64,000 nt of DNA from Mytilus trossulus (Eukaryota): contig NC_086377.1 in NCBI RefSeq assembly GCF_036588685.1, positions 744,001 to 808,000 of the forward strand, in the 5' to 3' direction. The notes under the pieces were generated by a model. The model ran no database searches. It saw nothing but the letters and a program-made list of their open reading frames with translations, and had not been told where the DNA came from. Shown one piece after another: positions 11,839 through 25,528 of the stretch (the stretch's first letter is position 1; the number at the start of each line of letters is the position of its first letter). The position numbers and the translations under genes were made by a program.

Positions 11839-14589
11839 TATTTTATCCATAAATAGTTTTCTCTGTATTTCTTTTATGAATGTTCATGCTTATCATTTGT
11901 TTCCAAGTTAGATTGACTAATACCCTAACCCTAACCCTGGACTAACTAGTTTACTGGTGTAGAGCCTGGAGAGAATTATATACCTTTGCCCCAGAAAACA
12001 TTCAACCCAAGTCAATTAAAAGAGGAGCAAAAGATACCAGAGGGACATCAAAACTCATAGATCAAAATTAAACTGACAACACCATGACTAAAAATGGAAG
12101 GGACAAACAGACAAATAATAGTTCACAAGACACACCATAGAAAACTAAAAACTAAACAACCCAAACCCCATCAAAACCTGGTGGTGATCTCAGGTGCTCC
12201 TTGATGGTTTGCAAATCCTGCTCCACATGTCACATTTAAGGTAGTATAATGCATGTTTCCATGCAGTGTTAAAACTTTATGGAACCAACTAGTAAGAACT
12301 GAGAATGGGGATAACAACAAGATGATAATGTGTCTTTTCATTGAGTTAAGGCATTCCAATTGATATTTTATAGTGTGTCTATTTTATGATGTGATGTTAA
12401 ACTACTGTTTCAGATAAGGGCAACTGTTAGTAGATATTCAAACCTTTAAACCGCTGCATTTGATTGCACCTGTTCTGTCAGGAATCTGATGTACAGTATT
12501 TGTCGTATGTTGATGTGGCTCATAAGTGTTTCTCGTTTTTGTAAAGATTATATTTTTCCCGTTTGAATATGGTTTTATTTGGGGTGGAGGGCTTTATAAC
12601 TTGCTGTTCGGTGTGAGCCCTAGCTCCGTCTTTAAGACCGTACTTTGAACTATAATGTTTTACTTTTACAAACTGTGACTTGGATGTGTGAGTTGTCTCA
12701 TTGGCACTCATATCCACTTATATCTATCATCTAACCAGAATTAGGATAACAACAAGGATTTTGAAATAAAAATAAGGACAATAACTAAGCATATCAAATC
12801 AGAATTTGGAAAACAATCAAGCTTATCAAGTTATATAATTTATTGAACGCTTGTATCTTGCATAGATGAAATGTTAAGTGGTGAACCAAAACTATAAGCC
12901 TTGTAGATTGTTTCAGTTATAATTATTCTTCTAATCAATGATTTCAACAATATAAAATCCAACCATAGGTCATAGAAAAAAGAACACAAAGGGGACATTC
13001 AAAACGCATTCAGCTAAACAAAATTCTGCTAACTTCGTTGCTGTAGAAGAGTGAGCAGTTCCTGCTCCACAAGTATGTAATACCTGCTACTCGTGAAAGT
13101 ACACATGATAAGTATCATTCGATGATGTGGAGAATAAGCTTGGTTGTCTTACTTTTGTTCTTGAGACAGCTGATGTTTTTTGTCGGCACCTGGGTCTTTT
13201 AAAGAACAAAGGGGAGGAATTTTCAGACTTAAGGTATATGCTTCTGCAGGTAGACAAGAGTCTTGAAACGTCCAAATTCCTTTCTTGGCACTGTGGCTCA
13301 CTTTACTGTTGCTAAGAGACAGGAGCTTCTTGATAAATCGACTGAAGCTCTCCAGCCGAGACTTCTCAGTTCTCTTAAAGGACAAGTTGTTTTATGTTTC
13401 CTAAGATCTGCTTCTGTTGTCAATGTGGATGTTAAGGTCACTAATGGAAACATATTTGTCAAGACTACTCAAATAAAAAGCCTTCTTCCTCTCATCAACA
13501 CAAGGCTTCTTATTTACAGCCCATGAATATATCAGCTTTTCTCGTCCTAACCGTACAGGTGTGTATAAAGCTAAAGTTGTAAAGGATAAGAAACAGGGTG
13601 AGTGATTTGTAGTCCCCTCCGTTGAATCGTTCCCCGCTGGAAGAGGAAAACTATACTACTCCTCTTCCTCATCTTCCAGTGGGGGCAAGCTGTCCCACTC
13701 TCTAGATCAATGGTCTGATAACTTCCGACACGTGGATAATTTCATTTTTTTTTTTGTTTCCTGTTCAAATCAATCGTTCAGTGACAAATGATTCTCAAAC
13801 CAATCAGTTGTTTTAAGACTAAGTGAACATTCTTATTCAGAAGGGTGTGTTGGAAGAGATAAATCTTCCTTTTCATCGGGTCTTATTCCCGGCTGTTCCT
13901 TATTAATAATCCTTGCCGATCTCTCCTGGAGGAACACACCGATTTTGCTATCCTTTTACTCATGAGGCGCCACGGGCAACTTCAGAGTAATGGCTTAATT
14001 ATCTTCAACTTCGTACTTTATTTGGCCTTTTTATCATTTTTTTTATTCAAACGTCATTGATGAGTCTTTTGTAGAAGAAACGAGCGTCTGGCGCAAATTC
14101 AAAAATTCCATCATGGTATCTATGAGGAGTTAATTTTCACTCCTTCTACTTTAAAGGGATATAGAACTGCCATATCGAGAACTATATATCTTTCAGGAGG
14201 CTCAGATTTTGGTGATAGTGAGTTTTTATCATTGTTGATAAAAAAAAAAAAAAATCTGTTGCCTTAACATTCCTCGTCAAGGCGTTTGATTCCTTCATGG
14301 GAAAAGGTTTAGTCTTGAAGGTTTTTCTGTTTTAGCTTTTTGAACCTTTACATCCAGCCTCCTTCAAATATCTTAATGATGTTTTCGTATAGCTTTTGAT
14401 ACTGTCGTAAAAGGAACGACATTCATGCTTTGTCAATTTCTGATTACATAGATATCAAAGGTACCAGGCTTATAATTAAGTACGCCAGACGCGTTTCGTC
14501 TACATAAGACTCATTAGTGACGCTCATATAAAAATATTTATAAAGCAAATAAAGGCAACAGTAGTATACCGCTGTTCAAAATTCATAAA

Positions 14590-14760
14590 TCAGGTGGTGT
14601 GTCCTATCAGAGAACTTTGCTATTGTACATTAAGTCTGAAAATTACACCAACAGTGTTAGAATTAGATTTTTCTGCTGACAAATTATTGTCCGTCCCTCG
14701 CAGGGATTCGAACTCACATCTTTGATACACTACATCACCAATCGCTAAGCCTAATGTCCA
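14590..14760 (-). mobile_element. Degenerate tRNA-derived SINE head fragment
   Basis: Minus strand reads GTGAGTTCGAATCCCTGCGAGGG (B-box-like) followed by non-tRNA body; no complete cloverleaf. Confidence 0.5.
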
Positions 14761-15339
14761 TATAAAACTATAACTTCAATAGTTGTAGTGTAACCTTGTC
14801 ACGGAAGGCGAATCTAGAGATAAACATAAGATATGTGTTTTGAAGCGTGTGGAGATGTTATCTTATTATTAAATACACAATATATTTTTATTTGTCATCA
14901 ATCTAACTCAACAATTATCATATACCGTATGGGATAATGAACCAATTTATTATACAGTCACTTGAAATAAGTATATTATACAAACAAGTCTAAACAAGTG
15001 AAAATCGTACAATATATATGCCCACTGGGTTGTTTAGTCCTTTTTAAAAAGGAATTTCTGACATGTCTGCTTAAATCATTTCTACCTGGATTTGCAATAC
15101 AGTCATGTTGGCTTTTAAGTATGCTTATAAGTCTGGTTCATCTGAAGTTTCAGCTTAACACCAAGTTAAAGAACACGAAGTAAGAGCCTTATCCTCTTTT
15201 TGAAGTATTTTGAATTTCTCTGGTAAGAGCCTTTGTCTCTGCTTGAAACATCATAAATTCCTCGAGATCCTCGATATCGGAACTCATGTCATCTGTTTTT
15301 TTTTTAGGTCAGATAGTGCCTTTTATAATTAGAATATTT

Positions 15340-15590
15340 ACCGGATTTGTTATCTCATAAACAACACGACGGGTGCCACATGTGGAGTAGGATCTGCTCA
15401 CCCTTCCGGAGCACCTGAGATCACCCCTATCTTTTGCTTGGGTTCGTGTTGTTTATTCTTTAGTTGTCTGTGTTGTGTCATGTGTACTATTGTTTGTCTG
15501 TTTGTCCTTTTCATTTTTTAGCCATAGCGTTGTCAGTTTATTGTCGATTTATGAGTTTGACTGTCCCTCTGGTATCTTTCGTCCCTCTTT
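15340..15590. mobile_element. Unclassified dispersed repeat (related copies at ~12020-12230 and ~33778-34025 in the opposite orientation)
   Basis: Shared core CACATGTGGAGyAGGATyTGC...GGAGCACCTGAGATCACC and ...GTTGTCAGTTT...ATGAGTTT...GTCCCT...GGTATCTTT in three copies. Confidence 0.75.
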
Positions 15591-16844
15591 TATAACCATT
15601 ATTTACGCTCTATGTCTCTTCATTGTGACAACCTCTATTCCTTAAGGCCTTTAGTTGCTGCTCAACAGGTTGTATTCCTTCTCCTTTCCCCCCTGAATAC
15701 AAACTAACTGGTCTCGTCAGATGAGCAAAATAGGGAGGAACTAAAGAAGACCGATAGAAAATGTATGCATAAAAAAGTATCTGCAATACAAAAACACAAA
15801 GATATTTATGACCTGCATTCGGTTCGAGTCTATAATCATGATAATGTTGGATATTGTCCTTTGGTTAAGATTTTCTTAGTCCTAGGTGAGTGACACAGAC
15901 CTTTAAGGACCTCTAGTTTACCTTTTATGGTTGTGCCCCATTTGAACATGTTGAATCCACGCCAGTTTAAGAATAAAGTAAAATCACAAGAACACTGAAC
16001 TTTGAGGAAAATGCAATCAAAAAGTCCGTTATCAAATGGCAAAATCAAATGACAAAACACATCAAACGAATGGACAACTGTCATATTCCTGACTTGGTAC
16101 AGGCATTTTCAACAAGTGTAGAAAATGGTGGATTGGACCTGGTTTTATAGCGCTAAACCTCTCACCTGTATGACAATTTCATCAAATTCCGTTATATTTA
16201 CATCGATGCGTGAACAAAACAGACATAATCAGACTCGGACTTCTCTTGAATTGTATTTTAAATGTGCGTATTGTTATGCATTTACTTTTCTACATTGGCT
16301 AGAGGTTTAGGGGAGGGTTGAGATCTCATAAACATGTTTAACCCCGCTGCATTTTTGCGCCTGTCCCAAGTCAGGAGCCTCTGGCCTTTGTTAGTCTTGT
16401 ATTATTTTAATTTTAGTTTCTTGTGTACAATTTGGAAATTAATATGGCGTTCATTATCACTGAACTAGTATATATTTGTTTAGGGGCCAGCTGAAGGACG
16501 CCTCCGGGTGCGGAAATTTTTCGCTGGTTTTTTTTTCTGTGGTCGGGTTGTTGTCTCCTTGACACATTCCCCATTTCCATTTTCAATTTAACTTATAATA
16601 AATAACATAGTCAAACCTATTTAGTTCTGAAATATGTTTTATGCTTTTCTTCATTTTTTATATTTTTTTTTTATAAAATGTTACTTTTTATTAGATATGT
16701 ACAAATGTATTTTTGCTTTTGATCGCAAAACCTAGTTGTTTATGGCGAAATAGTGTTGAGTCTTATGACATGAATGTGAACTGTCTGATCTCTCTGTCAC
16801 ATGACGTCGTCCACATTTGACTGATAAGACAGAATCGTCTGAAC

Positions 16845-19800
16845 ATGGCTAAATTAAGTGCTGTTTCATTATTGTTATTTTTAGTATCCACCCTAGCGGA
16901 CGACGGTAAGCTTATATATATATATATCTATCTAATTCTTTCCTCAATAATTATAGTTGAAATAAATAATCACCAACACATAAATTGGTCTATAGTATAT
17001 ATGTATGAGTGGAATCCTCAGTCAATGACTTGTTCTTAGACAATAGTGTTACATGATAAATATTACCAGACACTCCTCTAACACTGTCAGATAACACGAT
17101 TATATATAGAAGTATATATGAACACGATAAGTAAAGTACAAATATAAAGTCAATTAAAGATATTATTCACCTGAAAAGAATATCATAAAAAAATCGATGC
17201 TAAAACACCAATATATAATTATAAAATAGTTTTGGAATAAAATAATATCTATATTACAAAATTATTATTTTAAAATAATCCCTTATACCGGTATAAGACA
17301 TATTTTGAGCGTGTGTTGTTTCATTTGAATTTTGCTCTTTATTGTTTAAGAGCAATTTTCTACCCAATGCTTGTAGTTGAATGCAAGTGTCAGTCTGAAT
17401 AACAATGCTTGAGCAACCATTTATACAAAGAAAGCATTCAAGCATGCCAACCAAACCTTTAAACTACAAGCATCAGACAAATAGCTTTAATATCTCGTGT
17501 ACAGTTGTGACCAGTCTTAATTTTACATTTAAACATTTTACAGTTTGCCATTCAAGATGGGGTGGTACGTGTGTCAACATGTATTACAATCATTGTTTAT
17601 CTGGTTCCTTATTCTCACGTAGTGGATGTTCATTCCAAGAAATATGCTGTATCCCTGCTACAAAGACAACATCTCCTCCATTGTTACCGGGTAAGTCAAA
17701 TTTGTACTCCTGAAAATATGCTGTATCCCTGCTACAAAGACTACAACTCACCCACCGTTATGTACGGATGATGATACCAACACATAAAGCAACAGAAGTA
17801 TACTACTATTGAAAAGTCATAAATCTAATGTTAGAACACAAATCCGGGTTACAATATCAAACCGAGGTTACACATCAACCAGATACATTTTGTTTCAGGT
17901 CAGTGTGGTATAAGATACATATTGTTTCAGGTCAGTGTGGTATAAGATACATATTGTTTCAGGTCAGTGTAGTATAAGATACATATTGTTTCAGGTCAGT
18001 GTGGTATAAGTACACCTGTTCACATATTGTTTCAGGTCAGTGTGGTATAAGTACACCTGTTCACATATTGTTTCAGGTCAGTGTGGTATAAGTACACCTG
18101 TTCACATATTGTTTCAGGTCAGTGTGGTATGAGTACACCTGTTCACATATTGTTTCAGGTCAGTGTGGTATAAGTACGCCTGTTCACATATTGTTTCAGG
18201 TCAGTGTGGTATAAGTACACCTGTTCACATATTGTTTCAGGTCAGTGTGGTATAAGTACACCTGTTCACATATTGTTTCAGGTCAGTGTGGTATAAGTAC
18301 ACCTGTTCACATATTGTTTCAGGTCAGTGTGGTATAAGTACACCTGTTCACATATTGTTTCAGGTCAGTGTGGTATAAGTACGCCTATACATAATGTTTC
18401 AGGTCAGTGTGGTATAAGTACGCCTATACATATTGTTTCAGGTCAGTGTGGTATAAATACACCTGTTCACATATTGGTTCAGGTCAGTGTGGTATAAGTA
18501 CACCTATACATATTGTTTCAGGTCAGTGTGGTATAAGTACACTTATACATATTGTTTCAGGTCAGTGTGGTATAAGTACACCTGTTCACATATTGTTTCA
18601 GGTCAGTGTGGTATAAGTACACCTATACATATTGTTTCAGGTCAGTGTGGTATAAGTACACCTATACATATTGTTTCAGGTCGGTGTGGTATAAGTACAC
18701 CTATACATATTGTTTCAGGTCAGTGTGGTATAAGTACACCTATACATATTGTTTCAGGTCAGTGTGGTATAAGTGTAACACATCAACCAGATACATATTG
18801 TTTCAGGTCAGTGTGGAATAATTACGCCTGTTCACCAGATACATATTGTTTCAGGTCAGTGTGGTATAAGTACACTTGTTCAAGATACATATTGTTTCAG
18901 TTCAGTGTGGTATAAGTACTCCTGTTCACCAGATACATATTGTTTCAGGTCAGTGTGGAATAAGTACACCTGTTCAAGATACATATTGTTTCAGGTCAGT
19001 GTGGTATAAGTACGCCTGTTCACCAGATACATATTGTTTCAGGTCAGTGTGGTATAAGTACACCTGTTCAAGATACATATTGTTTCAGGTCAGTGTGGTA
19101 TAAGATACATATTGTTTCAGGGCAGTGTGGTATAAGATACATATTGTTTCAGGTCAGTGTGGTATAAGTATCAACCAGATACATATTGTTTCAGGTCAGT
19201 GTGGTATAAGATACATATTGTTTCAGGTCAGTGTGGTATAAGATACATATTGTTTCAGGTCAGTGTGGTATATGTTGCATATTGTTTCAGGTCAGTGTGG
19301 TATAAGTTACATATTGTTTCAGGTCAGTGTGGTATAAGTACGCCTGTTCAAACAGCTGCGACGAAGATCGTAGGAGGAACTGTTGCTGCTCTTGGAGAAT
19401 TCCCATGGCAGGTAATTAACATAAACTAAATCCTGGCAGGTAATTAACATAAACTAAATCCTGGCAGGTAATTAACATAGACTAAATCCTGACAGGGAAT
19501 TAACATAAACTAAATCCTGGCAGGTTATTAACAAAAACTAAATCCTGGCAGGTAATTAACATTAATTAAATCCTGGCAGGTAATTAACATAGACTAAATC
19601 CTGACAGGTAATTAAGGTCAAGGAACAGTAAATGGGCTATGTCGCAGATTTTGCTAAAAATTTGAATACAACCTTGGCTCGTTGAACTACAACTGAAAAT
19701 CGAAAAAATAATGCATTTATCTCAATTATCATTTGAAATATTACTGATTGAAATGTTACAAAATGGGTGAACATTTGTATAGAAAGCACATAAAATCGGC

Positions 19801-22800
19801 GAAAAACCTTCTAAAATTTGTCTTGAAAACGCCAAATCTAGAATTCTTCTCCATAGATTTTTCTTAAAAAACTATATATTGTTGACACATAAATTTCTGT
19901 TTTAATGATATAAAATAATCATAGGGTCACCGACTTCGTTTTTTGTCTAATACTCAATTTGTAACCTTGTTTGTAGTGAAAAACGTCAAAAATCAACGTT
20001 TTACGGCCTGCAACGCGATAACGTTACGATTATTTCGACGTTTTGTTTGATTTTTCCACATAGAACGCATCTTTAAATGATGTATACCGTAAGAACGAAG
20101 TCGGTGACCCTATCTTTATTTTGCATCATTATAACGGAAATTTATGTATCAACAACATATAGTTTTTTAAGAAAAATCTATGGAGTAGAATTACAGATTT
20201 GGCGATTTTAAGACAAATTTTAAAAGGGTTTTCGCCGATTTTATGTGCTTTCTATACAAATGTTCACCCATTTTGTAAGAATTCAATCAGTAATATTTCA
20301 AATGATAATTGAGATAAATGCATTATGTTTTCGATTTTCAGTTGAAGTTCATCGAGCCAGAGTTGTATGCCAAATTTTAATGAAATCTGTGACATAGCCC
20401 ATTTACTGTTCCTTGACCTTAACATAGACTAAATTTCAAAACTCTGTGAATAGAATGTCATCTCACTGAAAATACAAAGTTTATAGCCAAAGCTCTCTGA
20501 ATATACTTGTTTGGTTGTCGTATTTGATTATTGCTAAATTAACTACCATAATGGCTTCAAGCAACAATGAAATTAAATGTCAAAATGATTCTTTGTGCCT
20601 TATAAAGGCAACAGTTGTATACATATGTGCAATAGTCAAAAATGGATTTAGCGAAACAAATCCGGCTTACAAACTTAAATTGAGCATGATGAGCGAAACA
20701 TCTCAACTATAAGAGGCAAACAACGGAACAAAAGTAATATTGATGTCTTTTGAAACATAACTGCTTGAGTGTTAACGGTCTTAAACGACCCCATAGTTTC
20801 TACATGTACATGTACTTATTGTTAATTGTCATAAGTAATAAGTACGTATTTTTCAGGTTTCGTTACGTTTAAATGACTACCATATTTGTGGAGGAACATT
20901 AATTGACAGTCAATGGGTCCTCACTGCTGCTCATTGTTTTAAACAGTAAGAAAACCATGTATTTAGATTAAGAATATAACACAATGTTTACTGCTGTACC
21001 CCTCTTTTTGACATATGTTTATTTTGTTTGAACATCGTTGTCATTTAAGTGGAATTGATAATTTCATACTACTTCATACATGCGAGGGGTTTAGCTAAGG
21101 ATAAAAGCATCGGTGTCAATTTGATATAATTTGATGCGACTGTCATACAAGTGGGGGCTTAAGCTAGCTATAAAATCAGGTTTAATTACAATTCATCATA
21201 AGAAAATGCCTGCACATAGTCAGGAATATGACAGTTGCTATCCTTCCGTTTGATGTGTTCGAGCTTTTGATTTTGGACTTTCTGTTTTGAATTTTCCTCG
21301 GATTTCAGTATATTTGTGATTTTACTTTTCACAAATTAGAGAGGTTCACCAATAAAAATCAATCTCACAAATATGCCCTTGCCAAGTAACCCAAAATATG
21401 CGCAACGATACATGACTATTAACTGACTTTAAACTGCAATCAGCTATTTTACTATACAGATAAAGCTATTCGTATAAACGTTACCTTTATACGTCAATGA
21501 CCTCAACACTATACGTATATTGTCTAACTATGTCATAATAAATCCGCATTTTCTAACAGTGTACAAATATCATCTCAAAGAAAAGAGAAAAAAAATGTCT
21601 AAAGTAAACCAAACGCAAATTCACTTTTAGCATACGACTACAGAACATATATTATGAATAAGGTGCTATATTTTAGATCTTCAAAAAATGCGCGCCAAAT
21701 TTTTTCTCTCTTTTATACTTGCATCTTGTAAGTGAAATTACAATCGACGCAAATAGATGGTATACCGTTTACAATATTAGAGTTTGACGTTGCCAAGCAA
21801 AATAGTCAATGACATCATTATTGTGCAATGAAAAATAAGCATGACAATGTACGGGAAAGATGATTATGAAAATATTAACCGGGGTGATAGTCTTTGAAAC
21901 TATTGACTGGCAATAGTCTGTGGAATGAAATAGCACAACTATTTCATTAGTTTTTATATAGAAGAAAACATACTGAGGTTTAATGACAATAACTGTTATA
22001 TACATGCAATGGTTCACATACAATAAGGACATTTCTGTTTGATTAAAGTTGGTCTTTACTACTGGGTTATAGAGCACTGATTGTAAATTGTGTTCTTTTC
22101 ACAGAAACAAAAATCCGTATGCCTTCACCGTTGTTGTTGGTGAACACGACAGGGCGTACATAGAAGGAACAGAAATCCTCGAGAAAGTGGATACCTTATT
22201 TATACACAGTGGATTTGATATGCAAAGTTTTAAAGATGACATCGCATTATTGAAACTAGGTCATGCTGTCCCTGCATATAACAAGTTTGTTCGTCCTGCG
22301 TGTCTCCCAGCTAACACCACAAGTTTTGATGATATGATATGTACAATCACCGGATGGGGAGCAAATCACAATGGTAAGAATGAGCATCAATTAAAACGTT
22401 TTGATTGGTTAAAATAGCCAAAAACAATGGAAACATAACTGATGAGGTACCGTTATTTGTTTACGGGTACGAACATGAAAATACCCATAGTTCTGTAGAT
22501 TCCGATACCGGGAATTATTCACATTGAAAAGGCATACATTTATAGATTAATTAAGCTGTAAAAATGAAGATGTTCTGTTAATGTTTTTGTACGTTAAGGT
22601 AGACATGAATCACATACTAGTAATTTATATAAGGCTGACGTTCCGTTATTGTCCACTAAGATTTATCGTTTTATATGGGCATGGTTAAGGTAAGCAGACT
22701 CCTATAATTGTCCAATAAGAGTAGTATTTATATGTGGCCATTATGCACATAGTCAATATAAACCAGACATTCAATTTTTTTCCAATACGATTTGTCCTTT

Positions 22801-25528
22801 TATGTGGAAATAATTTTATATGATTTATATAAAGAAGATGTTCCATTTTTGTTCAATAATATTTGTCCTTTTAGCTGGTCATGCTATACATGCTTTATTA
22901 TTGACCAATGAAAGTCTGTTATGTGGTCTAGGTACACTTGGTTTATTCACAGCTGACTTTCCATTAATATTCAATAGGATATTTCCTTTGACATTTCTTT
23001 AGGTGATCATGGGGTATATAATTTCTATAAAGCAGAGGTTCAAGTTCCATCAATGTTCAATACCATTTGCCATTTAGGATGTTGATGGTTCACACGGTTT
23101 GTATAAATCAGACGTCCCATTATGGTCCAATAAAAGGAGTAGGTCCGGTAAGGACCGATTTTGGCCTCAAATTTCAGTTTCATCTAACGAAAGATTTTGA
23201 CCACTTTTTAAACACTTAAGTGTCTATTTCATTTGATTCAATTATTGTATGTGAAAGATTTGAACTCTTTTAGTCATTTAAAACGATCCGATTTAAGCTA
23301 AAATATGAAAAATCTACCAAATATGCGAAAAAATGTCACTTTTCAGATAGTTTTTGTCAAAAATGAAAGTGGCCGCATCCGTGTTCATCCTAAATCTTTA
23401 TTTATGTTATGTATTATCATCAAATACAACTTCCATTTCAATATTTTGGATGAACACGAATGCGGCCACTTTCGTTTTACACGGAAACCGTCTAAAATTT
23501 AACTAAAATGCTGGAATTGTGAAGATTTCAGTAATTTAGCATGACTTAATGGTGCTAGTACTCAATATATGTGCATTGTATTGTCAAAAACAGCCAATAT
23601 TTATGTAGCAGTACCATTCTACTATCCAATAAATAACTAAAAGTTTACATTTTAACAATTTTGTAAAACTGCTATATTTTGGGGCCAAAAAGGGCTCTTA
23701 CCGGACCTACTCCTTTGTCTTTTAGGTGTTCAGACATGGTACACACGGTTGGTATGAAAATAGTAATCAAAGGTTCAAGGTATATAATTTAGTACTTCAG
23801 ACGTGTGTTTCGTCTACAAACTCATCAGTGACGCTCATATCAAAATATTTATAAAGCCAAACAAGTACAAAGTTGAAGAGCATTTAGGATCCGAAATTCC
23901 ATAAAGTTGTGGAAAATACGGCTAAGGTAATCTATGCCTCCGATAAGAAAATCCTTAGTTTAAATCAGACGTTCCATTATTGTCCATTGAGAATTGTTCT
24001 TTTAGGTGGTCATCGCACACATGGTTTATATAAAGCTGACGTTCCATTATTGTCCAAACAGATTTGTCCTTAAAGGTGATCATGGTACACATGGTTTATA
24101 TAAATCAGACGTTCCATTATTGTCCAATGCGATTTGTTCTTTTAGGTGGTCATGGTACACATGGTTTATATAAAGCGGACGTTCCTTTATTGTCCAATGA
24201 AGTGTGCTCTTACTTAATGGATCGACAGATACCAGGTACAGAGGTCTGTGCAGGAAGAAAACATGGCGGTGTAGATTCCTGTCAGGTAAATAAAAGACAT
24301 AAAATAGAAGTCAAAAGATGTCTGTGTAAGGATATATTATAAACATTCACCATTAACAATAAATTATAATTACAGTTGTTCTATTTCTTCGTCTTCTTCT
24401 CTTTTGTTCACACTTATTAAATTTAAAGATGACTAAAATTTGTGTCAAAGCGATAACAACCCGACCATATAGCAGACAACAGTCGAAGGCCATCAATAGG
24501 TCTTCAATGTAGCGAGAAACCCCCCGCACCTGGAGGCGTCCTTCAGCTAGCTCCTAAACAAATATGTTTAATATGCGGCGGGGTTTATACGTATTATCAT
24601 TCAAGTTTGGTAGATGACACATGTGATTAATGTTTAGACCCAAACTCATGAAAGCTTTAGTTCAATGATACGTGTGGTTTAAATTTAGACCTTAAACATA
24701 TCGGTCCATCTTGTGAAACTAAAAATGGTTTCAAAATCTGCGCCTGTTTACTGTACTTGTGTAAATTATCAAATTTACTTGTCTTGCTATTTTAAATACT
24801 TCTAGTTTCTGTCATTTTGATTGGCTGAGAATCCAAAAGTTAAACTTTATATTATTTATATTTCCATATTACGTGTGTACATGTCTAGTAAGCTTCATAC
24901 AAAATGTGATTGTCGTTAAATTTGATAGCTGCTTTTTGTGCTTTATTTATTATGTCTGTTTTGTTCATACATCGTTGTAAATATAATGAAATGTGATGCG
25001 CCTGTCATACAAGAGAGAGGTTCAGCGCTATAAAACCAGGTTCAATCCACCATTTAATATATTATAAAATGCCTGTACTAAGTCAGGAATATGACAGTTG
25101 TTGTCCAGTCGTTTGGTGTGTTTTATCATTTGAGTTTGCCATTTGATTTAGGACTTTCCGTTATAATAGATTATCCTCGGAGTTCAGTATTTTTGTGATT
25201 TTTACTTTTTGTGTATACCCTTATTATATAATATATTTAAAAGAATCATTCAATTAAAAAAAAAAAGAACAATTATGACATGTCACTTTAATTTGTATTA
25301 TTACAGGGTGATTCGGGAGGACCTATGGTGTGTAAAAAGAATGGCGTGTGGAGTTTGGTTGGTATAACGTCATGGGGATACACATGCGCAGCAGCATACC
25401 AGCCAGGAGTGTATACACGTGTTCAGTCCTACCTCGGTTGGATTCGTTCTATAATGAATACTTTTTCAGGAGAAATGCCCGCTGTTGGGAGACGAGACTT
25501 AACCGATAATAAAGTATATTACATATAA
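16845..25528 (+). CDS. Secreted trypsin-like serine protease (S1A), ~338 aa, with an N-terminal 6-Cys beta-defensin/clip-like domain
   Basis: Exons 16845-16905 (signal peptide [18 protein letters not shown]), 17544-17690, 19323-19411 (K|IVGG activation site), 20857-20945 (TAAHC), 22105-22373 (DDIALL), 24146-24285 (DSCQ), 25307-25528 (GDSGGP...GVYTRV). Phases are compatible, total 1017 nt. Asp at the S1 position implies trypsin specificity. AATAAA overlaps the stop. Confidence 0.93.
17880..19350 (+). repeat. Variable-length (32/39/41/~48-bp) tandem array of the protease exon-3 acceptor plus exon start, ~38 copies
   Basis: CATATTGTTTCAG|GTCAGTGTGGTATAAG repeated; only the last copy (19323) continues into the IVGG exon. 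Confidence 0.95.
19405..19615 (+). repeat. 28-30-bp tandem array of the protease exon-3 donor, ~8 copies; the last unit resumes after the MITE at 20423
   Basis: TGGCAG|GTAATTAACATAAACTAAATCC repeated. Confidence 0.9.
19616..20418. mobile_element. Non-autonomous foldback DNA transposon (Kolobok-like): ~330-bp TIRs, GG...CC ends, TTAA TSD
   Basis: TTAA|GGTCAAGGAACAGTAAATGGGCTATGTC ... GACATAGCCCATTTACTGTTCCTTGACC|TTAA; the host repeat unit continues after the TSD. Confidence 0.85.
22590..24200 (+). repeat. Degenerate ~70-bp tandem array of the protease exon-6 acceptor plus exon start, interrupted by a MITE and a retrozyme fragment
   Basis: TTGTyCTTTTAG|GTGGTCATGGTACACATGGTTTATATAAAGCnGACGTTCCATTATTGTCCAAT; best copies at 24001, 24071, 24141 (true), decaying upstream. 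Confidence 0.8.
23136..23713. mobile_element. MITE inserted at AAA|TTT with no TSD (Spy-like)
   Basis: AAA|GGAGTAGGTCCGGTAAG ... CTTACCGGACCTACTCC|TTT, plus an internal ~30-bp inverted repeat (23361-23390 / 23448-23478). AAA|TTT insertion without TSD is the hallmark of Spy elements. Confidence 0.7.

Noticed and set aside
11922-11938. CCCTAACCCTAACCCT telomere-like run
   Set aside because: Under 3 units and isolated; compatible with chance or a repeat remnant.
13087-13980. Overlapping short ORFs in a slightly GC-richer stretch (possible decayed TE coding sequence)
   Set aside because: No recognisable motif, splice structure or termini.
14690-14760. tRNA gene
   Set aside because: Only a B-box-like arm is present, with no cloverleaf; treated as a SINE fragment.
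18407-19103. Cys/Tyr-rich repeat ORFs ([12 protein letters not shown])
   Set aside because: Translations of the acceptor array; the frame shifts between units.
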